Below the pieces are notes generated by a model. The model saw only the letters and a program-made list of their open reading frames with translations. It was not told where the DNA came from and searched no databases. The position numbers were made by a program, and so were the translations under genes. A stretch of DNA of 64,000 nt, from contig NC_092670.1 in the NCBI RefSeq assembly GCF_964355755.1, positions 1,540,201-1,604,200 of the forward strand. Direction: 5' to 3'. Position 1 is the first letter of the stretch. The number at the start of each line of letters is the position of its first letter. Shown piece by piece: positions 23,935 to 37,465 of this stretch. Source of the DNA: Antedon mediterranea. Lineage: Eukaryota; Animalia; Echinodermata.

Positions 23935-25457
23935 GTGATGACATTTTTGTAAATAGCACTGCAATGCTTGGAGTCAGTTTTATGCACACATCTGTTGTGG
24001 CCTTCTGGAGGACTGAATGGTTTCATTTTTTGACATTTTGCACATTTCTTGACTTTTCAATTTGGTAAAAGTGTTGCACATTTAAGAAAAGTATCTAAAT
24101 GAAAGAGAATCTCTATTCTGACTTTCTATTTCAAAAGAAATTTTACAGACATCATTAGATTTTTTACTCTGAAATTGCACATTTATGGGAAAATTTATTC
24201 TCTAAATCTTAAAACTTTTTTCATCTGTAAAGAAATTATGACGATCTCTTGTTGGTCTTTCACTAGAGCCTTTTCTGAATTATCAAATTCTGGTGGTTTC
24301 TTTAATACCATCTGGAATGGGTTTAATCTGTCTCTATTCTGTGGTCTTTTAAAGTTTGCCTTTCCGCTGGCACTGGTTTTTTTTATATCCATAATACCAC
24401 AGTGGTGTTTTTTTTTTCTTGTAATCTTTGTATATTGTTTTATTTTTAATGTTTTAAATAATGATTTTATATTCTTGGGAACAAAATAACAGATAGTGTA
24501 TATACAACATTTTGTAGAATCTTATATTCTGTTGTAAATAAGATTCTATTTCTGGGTTTCAAATACAATTGGTAACATTTTATTTATATCATTTTTTTTC
24601 TATTTTATTTTATGCCTTTTTTTATCTATTTATTTTCGTTGTACTGTACTATTTTACCTAACTCGTGACTTTGTGATTAAAAAGTGATTTTATAATATAA
24701 TATATTAAAACATATCTTGGTGTCTTATTGCACAATATTAAAATTAAAGTTTACTGGGGAATACAAGGTACTGTTTCATTTCTTTTTGTGTTTTTAAATA
24801 TATTAAAACATCTCAGGGTTATCCTAATTTCAGGTGAGGTAAACATGATTCTGTCTGTTGGAAATATTTGGATTTTTTATTAATAATACAATATATAATA
24901 TATCTTATTTCTTCTACACAATTGGTTTAGCTTTTTACAAACTTGCAGTGTTAATATTTTGTTTTTACTAATACTAAGAACATTTGTTTATACAATGCAT
25001 GTAGGCCTATTGTAGATATATACATTAGGCCTATCCATATTCAGACCAAGCTGAAATGTTTTACAATAACAGGTTATAGGGTCTTATAGACAGCTGCTGT
25101 AATAACAATATATGATCATTTTTTCTACATTACAGCATTTCTATGATGATTTTCATACAAATTGATTTTGTTTATATCGTACTTTAATGTATAATTTTGT
25201 TTTTGGCTTACTTTAATTTATTGTTTTTTTGTTCATTGTCTTCACACCTGTTAAAGGTGGATATGACTTAAAGTTATTTTATAATTCAGAGTCTCCATCC
25301 AAAATACTTATGTTAAATTGATGTATTTTTATGTTATGTGGAAAATAAATTAATATTACTGTGCTTAAAGATACTGATTTTTTTAATTACAGCAGTGCAA
25401 GTATCTAGTAACCAATTACTAATAACTAAGATTAAACCATTTTCCCGCCTTTTTCAG

Positions 25458-25685
25458 AGATCAATGAATGCGCTAGTGGACCTTGTTTGAATAGTGGATT
25501 TTGTTTGGATTCGGTGAATAAATTTGAATGTATCTGCATCCCACCATATCAGGGTGATATGTGTGAACTTCTTCCCGACAACTGTGACAATAACAATTGT
25601 CAAAATGGAGCAACATGTATCAATGAGTTAAATGGGTTCACGTGCCAATGCCCAGCTGGATTCAGTGGCGTACAGTGTGAAACAG
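25458..25685 (+). CDS. EGF exon (2 modules)
   Basis: AG/GT, 228 bp; INECASGPCLNSGFC. Confidence 0.9.
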
Positions 25686-26101
25686 GTAACTAATATTTCT
25701 GTCTTTTTTTATCAATTGAAGAGTTTGTGATTGTAATTGCTTGGAGGTACTTATAGTAATAATAGTAAATATAGTAGTATGTTGTATGTTCTAATATTTA
25801 ATGTTCTAATACATTCCCCTCTCCATTCTTATGATATATCTACATGTTTTAGTTTTTTTCTCCATTTAATTAGAAATTGGTTATTTATGTTTTCTAAACA
25901 CAGAAATATGTAAACCAAATAACATTCTTGACTGTTAAAATTAAAATTAAAATCAAATAATATAATTGTTTTTGTTATAATTTTCAAATTTAGTATAAAA
26001 TTTGATATCTTTTTGTTTATTTTATTCTCTTATTTTGTAATCTTATGTTGTTTTGTTTGTTCTGTCATGTATACCAATTCCTCTTGATTTCCATCTAACA
26101 G

Positions 26102-26329
26102 AGACCAATGAGTGCAGCAGCAGTCCGTGTCAGAATAGTGGCACTTGTAATGACCTCGTAGACATGTATGTTTGCGATTGTGCAGTTGGCTGGACTGGCC
26201 CAAATTGTGATATGGACATTATTGAATGTGCTAGTAACCCCTGTGTTAATGGGGGTACGTGTTCCGAGATGGTCAACGGTTTTACGTGTTCGTGTCCTGT
26301 AGGCTTCTCTGGTGACAGATGTGAAATAG
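26102..26329 (+). CDS. EGF exon (2 modules)
   Basis: AG/GT, 228 bp; [15 protein letters not shown]. Confidence 0.9.
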
Positions 26330-26762
26330 GTATTTCTTTCTTTGTGCAACATATTGTAAATCTTTCCTAATCGCCTGTCCTCAAAATAGGTTAAAGGATG
26401 GAACAGTGTTTTTATGTTGGTTATCAAACATTTTTACAAATCTTTAAAAACAAAACATTATTAAAAGATTTGTGGTTCGAAGAAAAAGATAAAATCTCGA
26501 GATCCATTTGCAGTCATCTTCTTGAGTAATGCTTCAGAAGACATTGTGCCATAATATTTTCCACCCATTAAAAAAGGTACAAGTAACAACCTTTTATCAT
26601 CTCCAAGTACAACGACCTATTCAACATCAGTAAAAACAGCTTGTGTTGGACCATAATAATTTCAACGCAATTGTCTAAAATATGTAATCATTTGATGAAG
26701 CATCTTAAAATTTCAGTTTTAGTTTTGAAATAACTGTAAGTTCCAATTTATTTATTAAACAG

Positions 26763-26990
26763 CTTCATTGCCATGCGACTCAGGTCCATGTCAAAATGGA
26801 GGGTCATGTTTTAATCTTGGTACTGTAGCATTCTGTGGATGTCCAGCTGGGTGGACAGGCACATTTTGCACAGAGGAAATACAAGAGTGTAATAGCAATC
26901 CGTGTATGAATGGCGGAACATGTCAAGAACTGGTTAATGGATACACGTGCAGTTGTGCATTAGGCTTTACCGGATTGTTTTGCAAAGAAG
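26763..26990 (+). CDS. EGF exon (2 modules)
   Basis: AG/GT, 228 bp; LPCDSGPCQNGGSC. Confidence 0.88.
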
Positions 26991-27847
26991 GTTTTTATTG
27001 TCACAAATGTGTTTTAATTTGTCACCATGCATTTTGTAATTGAGCACTAGGTTTATTGTCACTGTGATTTTGCACTTTCTTTTTCAAAGCACCGTCTCCT
27101 CTTTATAAAGGCTTAACGCTTAGCTTTTCAGCTGTGCATTGATCCTTGAAGCATAATGCTCAATGTACTGAACTAGTGTGAAATCAATGCTTATATTTAG
27201 AAATTTTAATTTTTGATTTGTTGAATTCCTGGTTTTGTATTTACTTTCTTGCAAGATGAAAGTGTTATCTATCTTGAAGCAAAGTTGGATTTTGGTTTGA
27301 ATATACGGTTATGGGGAGTGGGGTCATATTGCAGTATTGCTTTGTTCCAATCTATTCTGTGCAAAATGATTTCTTTAAATGCCATGCATTGTGTGATTTT
27401 TCCTTCTCATTTTCGTATTAAAAATGAGTGGATTTAAAACAGCATACATCTTTGCTGTATTCTATTTATATGTGGTTTAAAGCCTGTATATGCACATTTC
27501 TGTTCACGTCATGGAGTTTTTATAGCTTTAGTGGTTGCTTGCTACTGCTGTTCACTGTCTTGGTCCAGATATCAAAAACTTTTCTGAAGGATCAAGACCT
27601 GACTTATGTTGAAGTATTTTTTTTGGATTTACACTAGTCAGATTTATTTAATGAGCTGTTCGGCAGACTTAAATATTTATAAAAGCAGTATTTTTTTAAT
27701 GTATATTTTTTTTATTCTTTCTCATTCGCTTTGTTCATAACAGTTTTTCACATTTTTCCGCTTAATATAACTAACTCTTTACAAATTTGAATTTGGATTC
27801 AATTTTCTGATAACAATTTGACTTTTCTCTTTGTTTTTCTGTGTCAG

Positions 27848-27961
27848 AAATTAATGAGTGCGACAGTTCACCGTGTGTAAACAGTGCCACTTGCGTAAAT
27901 GAAATTAACGGTTTCAGCTGTATTTGTGCAGATGGATTTGAAGGCATATTTTGTGATCAAG
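27848..27961 (+). CDS. EGF exon (1 module)
   Basis: AG/GT, 114 bp; INECDSSPCVNSATC. Confidence 0.9.
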
Positions 27962-28408
27962 GTAAAAATACGATCTTATTTACCTTAACGTGTATGACCG
28001 AGTTTAGTCCCAGTGGTCATGGGTACAACATGGTAAACACTAGTGTTTGAGATTAAATACTGTGGATTTAAATATGGATTTGTGACTGAAATTAGGCAAA
28101 ATGTTAGGGAGTGTACTCAAACATTTAGATTTACAATTTCTGATCCAGTATTTTCTGAGAGTGTGAGGTATCACTGTTGATATTGGAGAGGATCCAACTC
28201 CTTATAACTATTCATTTTCAATTCATCGACATTTGTTATTCCATAATCAAAATAAAAACATATACAAATACAATACAAATAATAAGATAATGGAATGGGA
28301 TACAAAATAAGCACAAGTGCTTTAAGCATGTAACCCTAACAAAAAGATCAAACAATTAGTACAAACAAAAAAGAACAAACCAAAATAACATAATGTGATT
28401 TACTTAAC

Positions 28409-31165
28409 TTAAATATTTCTATTGTTATAACAAAGATTGTATAGCGCCGCTACGCGGCGCAAGATAGGTAACTGTTGCCAAGCTCCTATCTTATAACACT
28501 ACGCGCCCAGTAAATCCATGGACGATATTCGGGCGGACAGGTTATTATTATGTGATTTAAATGTAAATGGTTTAAATTTTGCGGTCCGCCTCGAAGTATC
28601 TGTGGTTAACCATCTTGATGATTGATTCATGGAAAAGGGAAGAAATTATGTAAACAAAGTAAAATCAAAGTTTCTTTGGGGTCTGGACACTTTCCGATTA
28701 ATTCTGTGTGTTTACATTGATGTGTTTGGTTAGACAACTTCGTTCTTTAACCGAAACATCGTGGATATTGCCTTGACAACGACTTTATTCCGGTTCAAAT
28801 TTGTCCGCCGGAATGGCGTCCATGGATTACAAAGGTCTCACCCAGTTACCTATCTTGCGCCGCTACGCGGCGCTATACAATCTTTGGTTATAATATTGCT
28901 TTAATCTCTGTTTAAACAAACTTAAAGTGGGGGATTGTTTTATATAGTCTGTTAAATTGTTCCAAATATGTGTTCCTTGGTAGGAAATACATTGCTGTCC
29001 GACTTTGGTGCGTTTTAGTTGTGGACAGTAGTTTGACCTGTTTCTAGTTGAGTAATTATGGAATGAGGCAGATGTACTAAATAAGTTATTAAATGATTCA
29101 GGTAATAGATTATGTTTATATTGATACATAAATATAGCAGTGTGTTTCGTATAAAGGTCAAAAATATTTAATGTTTGGGTCGAAATAAAAAGTGGATGAG
29201 AAGGATACATAAAATGAACATGACAAATATTTCTAAGTGCTTTTTTCTGGAGAATATGTATACGGTTTAAATTTGTAGCAGAAGTAGCACCCCATACTGT
29301 GATAGCATACGTTATTCTAGGTAATATAAGTGTATTGTATACCGTTAACAAGATTTTACTTGATAACATAGACTTCACTTTGTTTAAGACACCAATTATT
29401 CTAGAAATACTGTTTGCTACCTCATTTACATGAAAATTAAACGATAAAGTTTCATCCAGAAATAAGCCTAGAAATTTAACTTCAGTAGCTTTTAGTATAC
29501 ATTCATTTCCCATCCTCAATTCTAGTGAGGTAGTGTCAGCTGACTTATTTCTAGCCTTAAATATAACATATTTTGATTTGTTTACATTTAGCGTTAATTT
29601 GTTAGCAATAAACCAGTCCGAAAGTATAGATAACTCCTGTTTCATTTTATCAAAAGCTTGAGTAATATCATTGTGACTATAAAACACATTTGTGTCATCT
29701 GCATACATAATCATGTCTACATGGTTACATGCTAGACTAATATCATTAATCAGTGTTTACTGTCATTTTACTAGATGCACAATACATGTGTATTGTAGTT
29801 TTTTTTTAAGATAGTTTGAGAACCAGTTTAGCGGAACTCCTCTTATACCATAAAATCTTAACTTATCTAATAATATATCATGATCGATTGTATCAAACGC
29901 TTTTGATAAATCAAGGAAAACTCCTAGTGTGAACTCTCTATTCTCAATAGCGTTTGTGATTTTTTCAATCGATTGTATTAAAGCATGACTAGTTGAATGG
30001 TGTTGTCTAAACCCATACTGTGTTTTACTCAGTACGTTACATTTTGAGAGGTAACAAAGCGTTTGATCATACACAATCCTCTCAAATATTTTGGAAAAAA
30101 AGGGTAAAATGGAAATAGGCCGATAATTATTTATATCGGAGATGTCACCATTCTTAAATACCGGGATAACTTTAGCAATTTTTATATCAGCCGGGACACA
30201 GCCCGATGATAATGACGTATTAATAATATGCAATAAAGGTTTTAAAATAAACGGGGAAGCAGATTTTATGAGTTGGGCACTTATACCATCATGGCCAGGA
30301 GAAGTATTCTTTGTGTTTTTAATATAGTGGTTAAGTTCATGTTCAGTAACAGGCTTAAAAAACATTGAAGAGGTAAAATTTCCTTTTAAGAAAGTTCTGT
30401 GGGTGATTTGATCATTTTGACATTCATGCCTAAATTTATTATTTAGTTTTTCTCCAATATTAATAAAAAAAAGAATTGAATGCATCAGCTTTCTCATCAT
30501 TATCAGAGAAAGTCTCAGTACCCAATTTTATTTTTGTAGGCAAATTGGTAGTCTTTTTCCTACCCATTATATCATTTAGGATTGTCCACGTTTTTTTAGT
30601 ATCTTGTTTATTTTGTTCAAACTGGACCATATAATATTCTTTTTTCCAATTTCTAATAGTAGTGGTTAACTTGTTTCTAAAATGTATGTACGTGCTTTTA
30701 TTAGTAGTGGTGTTATTTTGTTTGTATTTTTTATATAATTTATGTTTTTGAGAGATAGCTCTGGCAATTTCAGCTGTGATCCAAGGAGATTTTAACTTGT
30801 TCGCCTTATTTCTAATTCGTTTTAAAGGGAAACAATTATCAATTGTTTTATTTAAAGTGTTTGTAAAATTTTGATAAGCAACATTCGTATTATTTGAGGA
30901 TAGCACATCATTCCACTGATTGATTTGTAATTCTTGCAAAAAAATACTCCGTTTGTTGAGGAGAGTATTGTCGTTTATATACAAATCGAGGATATTGCTT
31001 ATTATGTTTTTCCAAAGTATCTACACAGAATATTGGGAAGTGATCAGAAATATCAGTAATAAGTATTCCACTTTTAAGGGACGTAGTAAAAGAATCGATG
31101 TTGCAATAAATGTTATCAATTATTGAAGCACAATTATCGGATATTCTAGTAGGACATTTATACAT
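28409..31165 (-). pseudogene. Disrupted LINE ORF2 (endonuclease-reverse transcriptase)
   Basis: Four ORF-track pieces in shifting frames; GVPQGS..GPLLF motif missing at ~29750; last codons interrupted by a MITE. Confidence 0.88.
28431..28886. mobile_element. 456-bp MITE with ~44-bp TIRs and 7-bp TSD (P-element-like)
   Basis: caaagattgtatagcgccgc-tac-gcggcgcaagataggtaactg mirrored at the right end; gttataa duplicated at 28424 and 28887. Confidence 0.88.
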
Positions 31166-31203
31166 AGTTAACTAACTATTAACTAACCTTATGTCTTTTA
31201 CAG

Positions 31204-31431
31204 TTATTGATAACTGTGCCAGTCAACCTTGTCAAAATGCAGCCGTTTGTGTAGATGGTGTCAATGGTTTCGTCTGCCAGTGTGTCTCTGGTTGGACTGG
31301 TCCACTATGTGACATTGACATTGATGAGTGTGGCAGCTCACCATGTCAGAATGGTGGAACGTGTACCGATATTGTGAATGGTTACTTTTGTACTTGTCAG
31401 GCAGGATTTACCAGCCAAAATTGTCAAGATG
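31204..31431 (+). CDS. EGF exon (2 modules)
   Basis: AG/GT, 228 bp; IDNCASQPCQNAAVC. Confidence 0.9.
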
Positions 31432-31695
31432 GTGAGTACTTTTATTTAATAATGTATAATTTATGATAATAAATCTGTAGAAACAACAAATAAAGTTCAT
31501 AATTAACTTATTCTTTTATGTTCCATTCATAATGGAAGTGCTGCTAACATTCTTTCTTTTTCATTGCTGCTATTCTATTATATGGCAGTGGGATTTATAT
31601 TTCCCCTTGGTATATGAAGAAATATAATACACTCTGTGACTGAACGTCTGTATATTACTAAGCTAATTAAATATTATTGTATCTTTCTATACCAG

Positions 31696-31923
31696 ATATT
31701 AACGAATGCTTGAGCGAACCTTGTCAAAATGAAGGCACATGCGCAGATAATGTGAATGGTTTCCAATGCGTATGCGCTGCTGGATGGCAAGGCATCTTAT
31801 GTGAGCAACAAGTGCAGGAATGTGCAAGTTTTCCCTGTCAAAACGGAGGAATCTGTGTAGAGTCTGTCAATGGATACATCTGCCAGTGTACACCTGGTTA
31901 TACAGGTGACAATTGTGAAACAG
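31696..31923 (+). CDS. EGF exon (2 modules)
   Basis: AG/GT, 228 bp; INECLSEPCQNEGTC. Confidence 0.9.
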
Positions 31924-32215
31924 GTACAATTTACACATTTTCTGAAGTACCACTTTCTCTAAACACTAGCATACTATTTTATAATGACAATTTTCAGAGA
32001 TAATTTGTTGTGTCTCATTTCATCATTATTGTATTCTTGAACTGCAACCTTGTGATTTTCATTTGAAGGATGAAATAATGTTCATCTGTATTTCCCATCC
32101 CATTTTGCATCCATTCCATCCATTAGATGCCACAGTGCATGTTTTCATTCATTATTCCAACTGTTTTTTTAATCTTGTAAATATATGTTTGTGTTTTTTC
32201 TTTGATTCTTGTTAG

Positions 32216-32443
32216 AAACTCTTGAATGCCAAAGCGCTCCCTGTATAAACGGAGGAACCTGTATAGAACAGATTAATGCTTTCATGTGTCAATGTCCACT
32301 CGGTTGGGATGGTTTGTTTTGTGATCTTGACATTCTTGAATGTGACAGTAATCCGTGTCAAAATGGCGCTGCTTGTTTAGAACTAAACCAAGGCTACACA
32401 TGTGATTGTCCTGCTGGTTATGAAGGAATTCTGTGTGAAATAG
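32216..32443 (+). CDS. EGF exon (2 modules)
   Basis: AG/GT, 228 bp; [15 protein letters not shown]. Confidence 0.9.
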
Positions 32444-32800
32444 GTATGTTCACATTTTTCATTATTTTTTTTTCTATTTTCTAAATTTGTTTAAGTTTTT
32501 CAATATTTCTGATTCATATTATTTAATATATAACATACTTTTTCTTTTGATTTAATTTAGCGGTATAAACTATCTTTACATTTTTAATGACATATTTCTT
32601 GTTTTAACAAATGTTTAGTCTTCAATTTGTTTTTTTTTAAATTCCTATGTCTTCAAAGAGAGGAAACTAATGCCAATCCTCCATGGTTTATGTGTACTGG
32701 ATTTTATAATTTAACATATTCTGTTTGTCATTTGTTACCTCTAACCAGCAATGTATATATATTTTTAAATTGTAAACACTTTATTTTGTTGATTATATGA

Positions 32801-32983
<183 letters not shown>

Positions 32984-33256
32984 TGATAAAACTTTGATTG
33001 AGACAGTTATAAACTAAATAATATTGTCTCTGTTTTACCCCAACAAGTAAAAACACGGGTCAATGTAATTTGCTACCGAACTTCCAATGTTGTACCCATT
33101 TTGTATTCACATACAAATAACATGTTGTCATATATAAAAAGACATTTAGAATTAGAACAGTTTGATCTATTTGAAAATTTCCAAGCATTTGTTTGGTCAA
33201 GTATTAAACCATCACTCATCAATATTCATCAAATTTGTTTGCAACCCGATTTTCAG

Positions 33257-33484
33257 AGATTAATGAATGCAACAGCAACCCTTGTTTCAACGGTGCCACG
33301 TGCACAGATCAAATAAACGGGTTTCAGTGTACGTGTGTTATAGGCTTTACTGGAGTATTCTGCGACAAGGACACGTTGGAATGCTCTAGTGCACCATGCA
33401 TGAACGGAGCTACGTGCAATGAGCTTAACAATGGATATACATGCTCTTGCACACCAGCCTATACCGGTGCCACTTGCAGCGAAG
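33257..33484 (+). CDS. EGF exon (2 modules)
   Basis: AG/GT, 228 bp; [15 protein letters not shown]. Confidence 0.9.
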
Positions 33485-33666
33485 GTGATTTTCAATCAAA
33501 CTTTAATATTTTAATAATTTTTTAATAACATAGTTAAACAAAATGTTACAAAAAGCTGCTTAAACAACATTCATATCTTTTTTGCTTTATACTGTGGCAA
33601 AATTGCTGACATCAATATCTTCTCGTTTTAAGTTGTGTTTGTTGTTTTAGCTCAATTTCAAAATAA

Positions 33667-33846
<180 letters not shown>

Positions 33847-34054
33847 TGACACAAATCAGAAACACTTTAAAGCATGTGCACAGCGTGTACCAATTACTAA
33901 TTGGTTTTATGTCTGATAATTTAGTAGATATATTTTGATTTCTGTTTTCTTTGAAAATCATTTCATCACTTACAATTCAGGAACAGGAAAATGTAACCAA
34001 AATCTCACAATTTTAAAACAAAAAATTATTAAAATTGCATATAATTTATATTAG

Positions 34055-34282
34055 AAATTCAAGAGTGTTCCAGCAACCCTTGTCAAAATGGTGGAATTTG
34101 CATTGAAGGAATAAATAGTTACGAATGCGTTTGTCCATCAAGTTGGACAGGGGTCAATTGTGATATTGACGTTATTGAGTGTGCCAGTTTACCGTGTATG
34201 AATGGCGCTACTTGTAAAGAGTTAAGTGGTGGGTATTCGTGTACGTGCGCCCCCGGATATCAAGGAACTACGTGTTTTGAAG
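34055..34282 (+). CDS. EGF exon X (2 modules), copy 1
   Basis: AG/GT, 228 bp; [15 protein letters not shown]. Confidence 0.88.
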
Positions 34283-34359
34283 GTGATTATTTAACTGACG
34301 AAATTAAATAAATACAGAAAAAGGAAAACGTAACCAAATTAAACAAATTTAAATTATTT

Positions 34360-34446
34360 TGTTTTAACGGAGGAACTTGCGATGACATGATAATTCATTC
34401 CGATGTTTTTGTGCTTTCGGTTACCAAGGAAACAACTGTGAACAAG
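34360..34446 (+). pseudogene. Pseudo-exon Y: acceptor and 5' part deleted, 1-bp deletion
   Basis: Matches the 3' part of exon 44816 but intron sequence joins directly to tgttttaacggagga; atgataattc versus atgataaattc. Confidence 0.85.
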
Positions 34447-34630
34447 GTGATTGCCGGGGAAAATGAATAATAATGAATATTTAGCATTTATTTTGTGAAA
34501 GCTAGTTCAGTTTTTACGTCGTCCCCCTTCTCTTTTGATAGTTGTTCCACCTTAGAAAACAATATACTTTGGTTTTTAACTTTTACAACATACGGTTTTA
34601 AATTTAGTGTCATACTATCTTTTCATATAG

Positions 34631-34744
34631 AAACGGATGAGTGTATGAGTTCACCGTGTATTAACGGTGGGACTTGTACCGATCTCGTCAACGCCTATAT
34701 TTGTACCTGTCCAGGCGGTTTTGTTGGAACTCGGTGTGAAATAG
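34631..34744 (+). CDS. EGF exon Z (1 module), copy 1
   Basis: AG/GT, 114 bp; [15 protein letters not shown]. Confidence 0.88.
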
Positions 34745-35853
34745 GTGACCTATTTTGTTATCTTCTGCACATGTTTTGTTTATGCAAAATACCTATGCAA
34801 TTTGATTTTTCTGCACCTTTCTATCTTTCACTTTATATCCCCTCGTGTTTGTTGCACATTTTTACACGTTTCTCATGTGTCGTCAATAGACACTACAATG
34901 AGAATTCCACCTGCTTCTATTTATAATCTGAACAAGGCTTCGTTTCTGAAAAATATTAGCAATTCTCCAAAATACCTGGTGCATTGGTTCTTTGATTCTT
35001 CAACTTTTACACCTTAAGCCTATTACAAGTACTTGTTAATCTTCAATCATTAGGCCCGACTAGGTATTCTCATTGCACATGACTTTCCTCAATGATACTT
35101 ATCAAACCTGAAATACCTATCTTGTCATATAGCTACAAGCCTTTTCCAAGTCAAAAGAATAGGAACAATCATGCAATAATAGTAACTTCTTTTTCACTTA
35201 TACCACCATTATACTGTTTAGAAAGATGTATATCTTTCTGTAGCTAGTTTGACCTTTTTTCAGAATTGCTTTCTAACCCTTTCTAAAACAAATATTAAGT
35301 ATAATTGAAAATTTACTTTGTAATCCCCTCCATTTATTACTTTATTTAATACTATTCTTGCACGATCATCTTTTATTTAAAGTATCATCACCGTAAATAC
35401 TACCTCGTCACTCTTGCCATTTCTTTTTTGTTATTGCACATACTTACATGGCTCCTGCAATGTCCGACACAGACTACTGGACATACTGATCAGAGATCAT
35501 TGATCAAAACATACTGAACTGTACTGTTTTGCTCAATAAACACTGATATTCAGATCATTTCCATTTTGTTTATTTACAATGTTTATTTCAAAAAAACACT
35601 GTATTAATTTTGTTTATTTTTTTCATTTCTCTATTCTAATGTAAGAAAAGCTTTTAAATGTAAATTATTTTATTTAATTTGTCTTTTATATTTTCTATTG
35701 TAGCAATATTAACATTATTGTTTTCTTTCAGCAAATGTCCTGATTCATCGTTTGTTTATTGTTTACTAATTAAATTTTTACAAAATTTAACAACTTAATC
35801 AAAAAGAACATATCAAACTTAGCATTTCATCTTCCTTGTCCATCCCATAATAG

Positions 35854-36081
35854 AAATTCAAGAGTGTTCCAGCAACCCATGTCAAAATGGTGGATTTTGC
35901 ACTGAAAGAATAAATGGTTACGAATGCGTTTGTCCATCAAGTTGGACAGGGGTCAATTGCGATATTGACGTTATTGAGTGTGCCAGTTTACCTTGTATGA
36001 ATGGCGCTACTTGTAATGAGTTAAGTGGTGGGTATTCGTGTACGTGCGTCCCTGGATATCAAGGAACTACGTGTTCTGAAG
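35854..36081 (+). CDS. EGF exon X copy 2
   Basis: AG/GT, 228 bp; [18 protein letters not shown]. Confidence 0.85.
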
Positions 36082-36227
36082 GTGATTATTTAACAAAATA
36101 AATTAAATAAATACAGAAACAGGAAAAAGTTAACCAAATCAAACGCATTTTAAAGCAACCAAATTCATAAAATTGGATATCATTTATTTTACATATTTTG
36201 ATCAATTCCTTGTCCATCCAATAATAG

Positions 36228-36455
36228 AAATTCAAGAGTGTTCCAGCAACCCTTGTCAAAATGGTGGATTTTGCATTGAGAGAATAAATGGTTACGAATG
36301 CGTTTGTCCATCAAGTTGGACAGGGGTCAATTGTGATATTGACGTTATTGAGTGTGCCAGTTTACCGTGTATGAATGGCGCTACTTGTAATGAGTTAAGT
36401 GGTGGGTATTCGTGTACGTGCGTCCCTGGATATCAAGGAACTACGTGTTCTGAAG
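36228..36455 (+). CDS. EGF exon X copy 3
   Basis: AG/GT, 228 bp; QNGGFCIER. Confidence 0.85.
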
Positions 36456-36604
36456 GTGATTATTTAACTAACGAAATTAAATATATACAGAAAAAGGAAA
36501 AAGTTAATCAAATCAAACGCATTTTAAAGCAAACAAATTCATAAAATTGGATATAATTTATTTTACATAATATTATGATCACTTCCTTGTCCATCCCATA
36601 ATAG

Positions 36605-36832
36605 AAATTCAAGAGTGTTCCAGCAACCCATGTCAAAATAGTGGATTTTGCATTGAAAGAATAAATGGTTACGAATGCGTTTGTCCATCAAGTTGGACAG
36701 GGGTCAATTGTGATATTGACGTTATTGAGTGTGCCAGTTTACCGTGTATGAATGGCGCTACTTGTAATGAGTTAAGTGGTGGGTATTCGTGTACGTGCGT
36801 CCCCGGATATCAAGGAACTACGTGTTCTGAAG
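36605..36832 (+). CDS. EGF exon X copy 4
   Basis: AG/GT, 228 bp; QNSG variant. Confidence 0.85.
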
Positions 36833-36946
36833 GTGATTATTTTACTAACGAAATTAAATAAATACAGAAAAGAGAAAACTAGCTAACCAAATTAAACAAA
36901 TTTAAAGTATTTTATCAAGTCAAGTATTTTTTTATAAACTTATTAA

Positions 36947-37066
<120 letters not shown>

Positions 37067-37351
37067 TGAATAAAATATCAATTCCCGAAATACTGTTTTA
37101 AATTTAAAAAGTATATAATGTAATACTGATTGTTATGGGAGGTCTCATAATCTTTGCCACTATTATATTACAGAATATTTAACATGTTATGGACTTAGTA
37201 TTTTGTGAAAGCTAGTGCCATTAAACTTATCTTTACGTCGGCCCCTTTACTTTTGATAGTTAAGTTTCCACCTTAGAAACCAATATACTTTGGTTTGCAA
37301 CTTTGACAATTGAGGGTTTCAAATTTAGTGTTGTATTATCTTTTCATATAG

Positions 37352-37465
37352 AAACGGATGAGTGTACGAGTTCACCGTGTATGAACGGTGGGACTTGTAC
37401 CGATCTTGTCAACGCCTATATTTGTACCTGTGCAGGCGGTTTTGTTGGAACTCGGTGTGAAATAG
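37352..37465 (+). CDS. EGF exon Z copy 2
   Basis: AG/GT, 114 bp; [15 protein letters not shown]. Confidence 0.85.

Larger units (their letters stand above)
28213..31172 (-). mobile_element. 5'-truncated non-LTR retrotransposon (CR1 group; Crack/Daphne/L2-like), intronic and antisense
   Basis: APE C-terminus (PTRI...IDNI...ISDHFPI), RT motifs (YRPISIL, FLDLSKAFDTIDH, YADD), G..IWNNL end, AT-rich 3' UTR; candidate TSD taactatt at 28205 and 31173. Confidence 0.9.
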
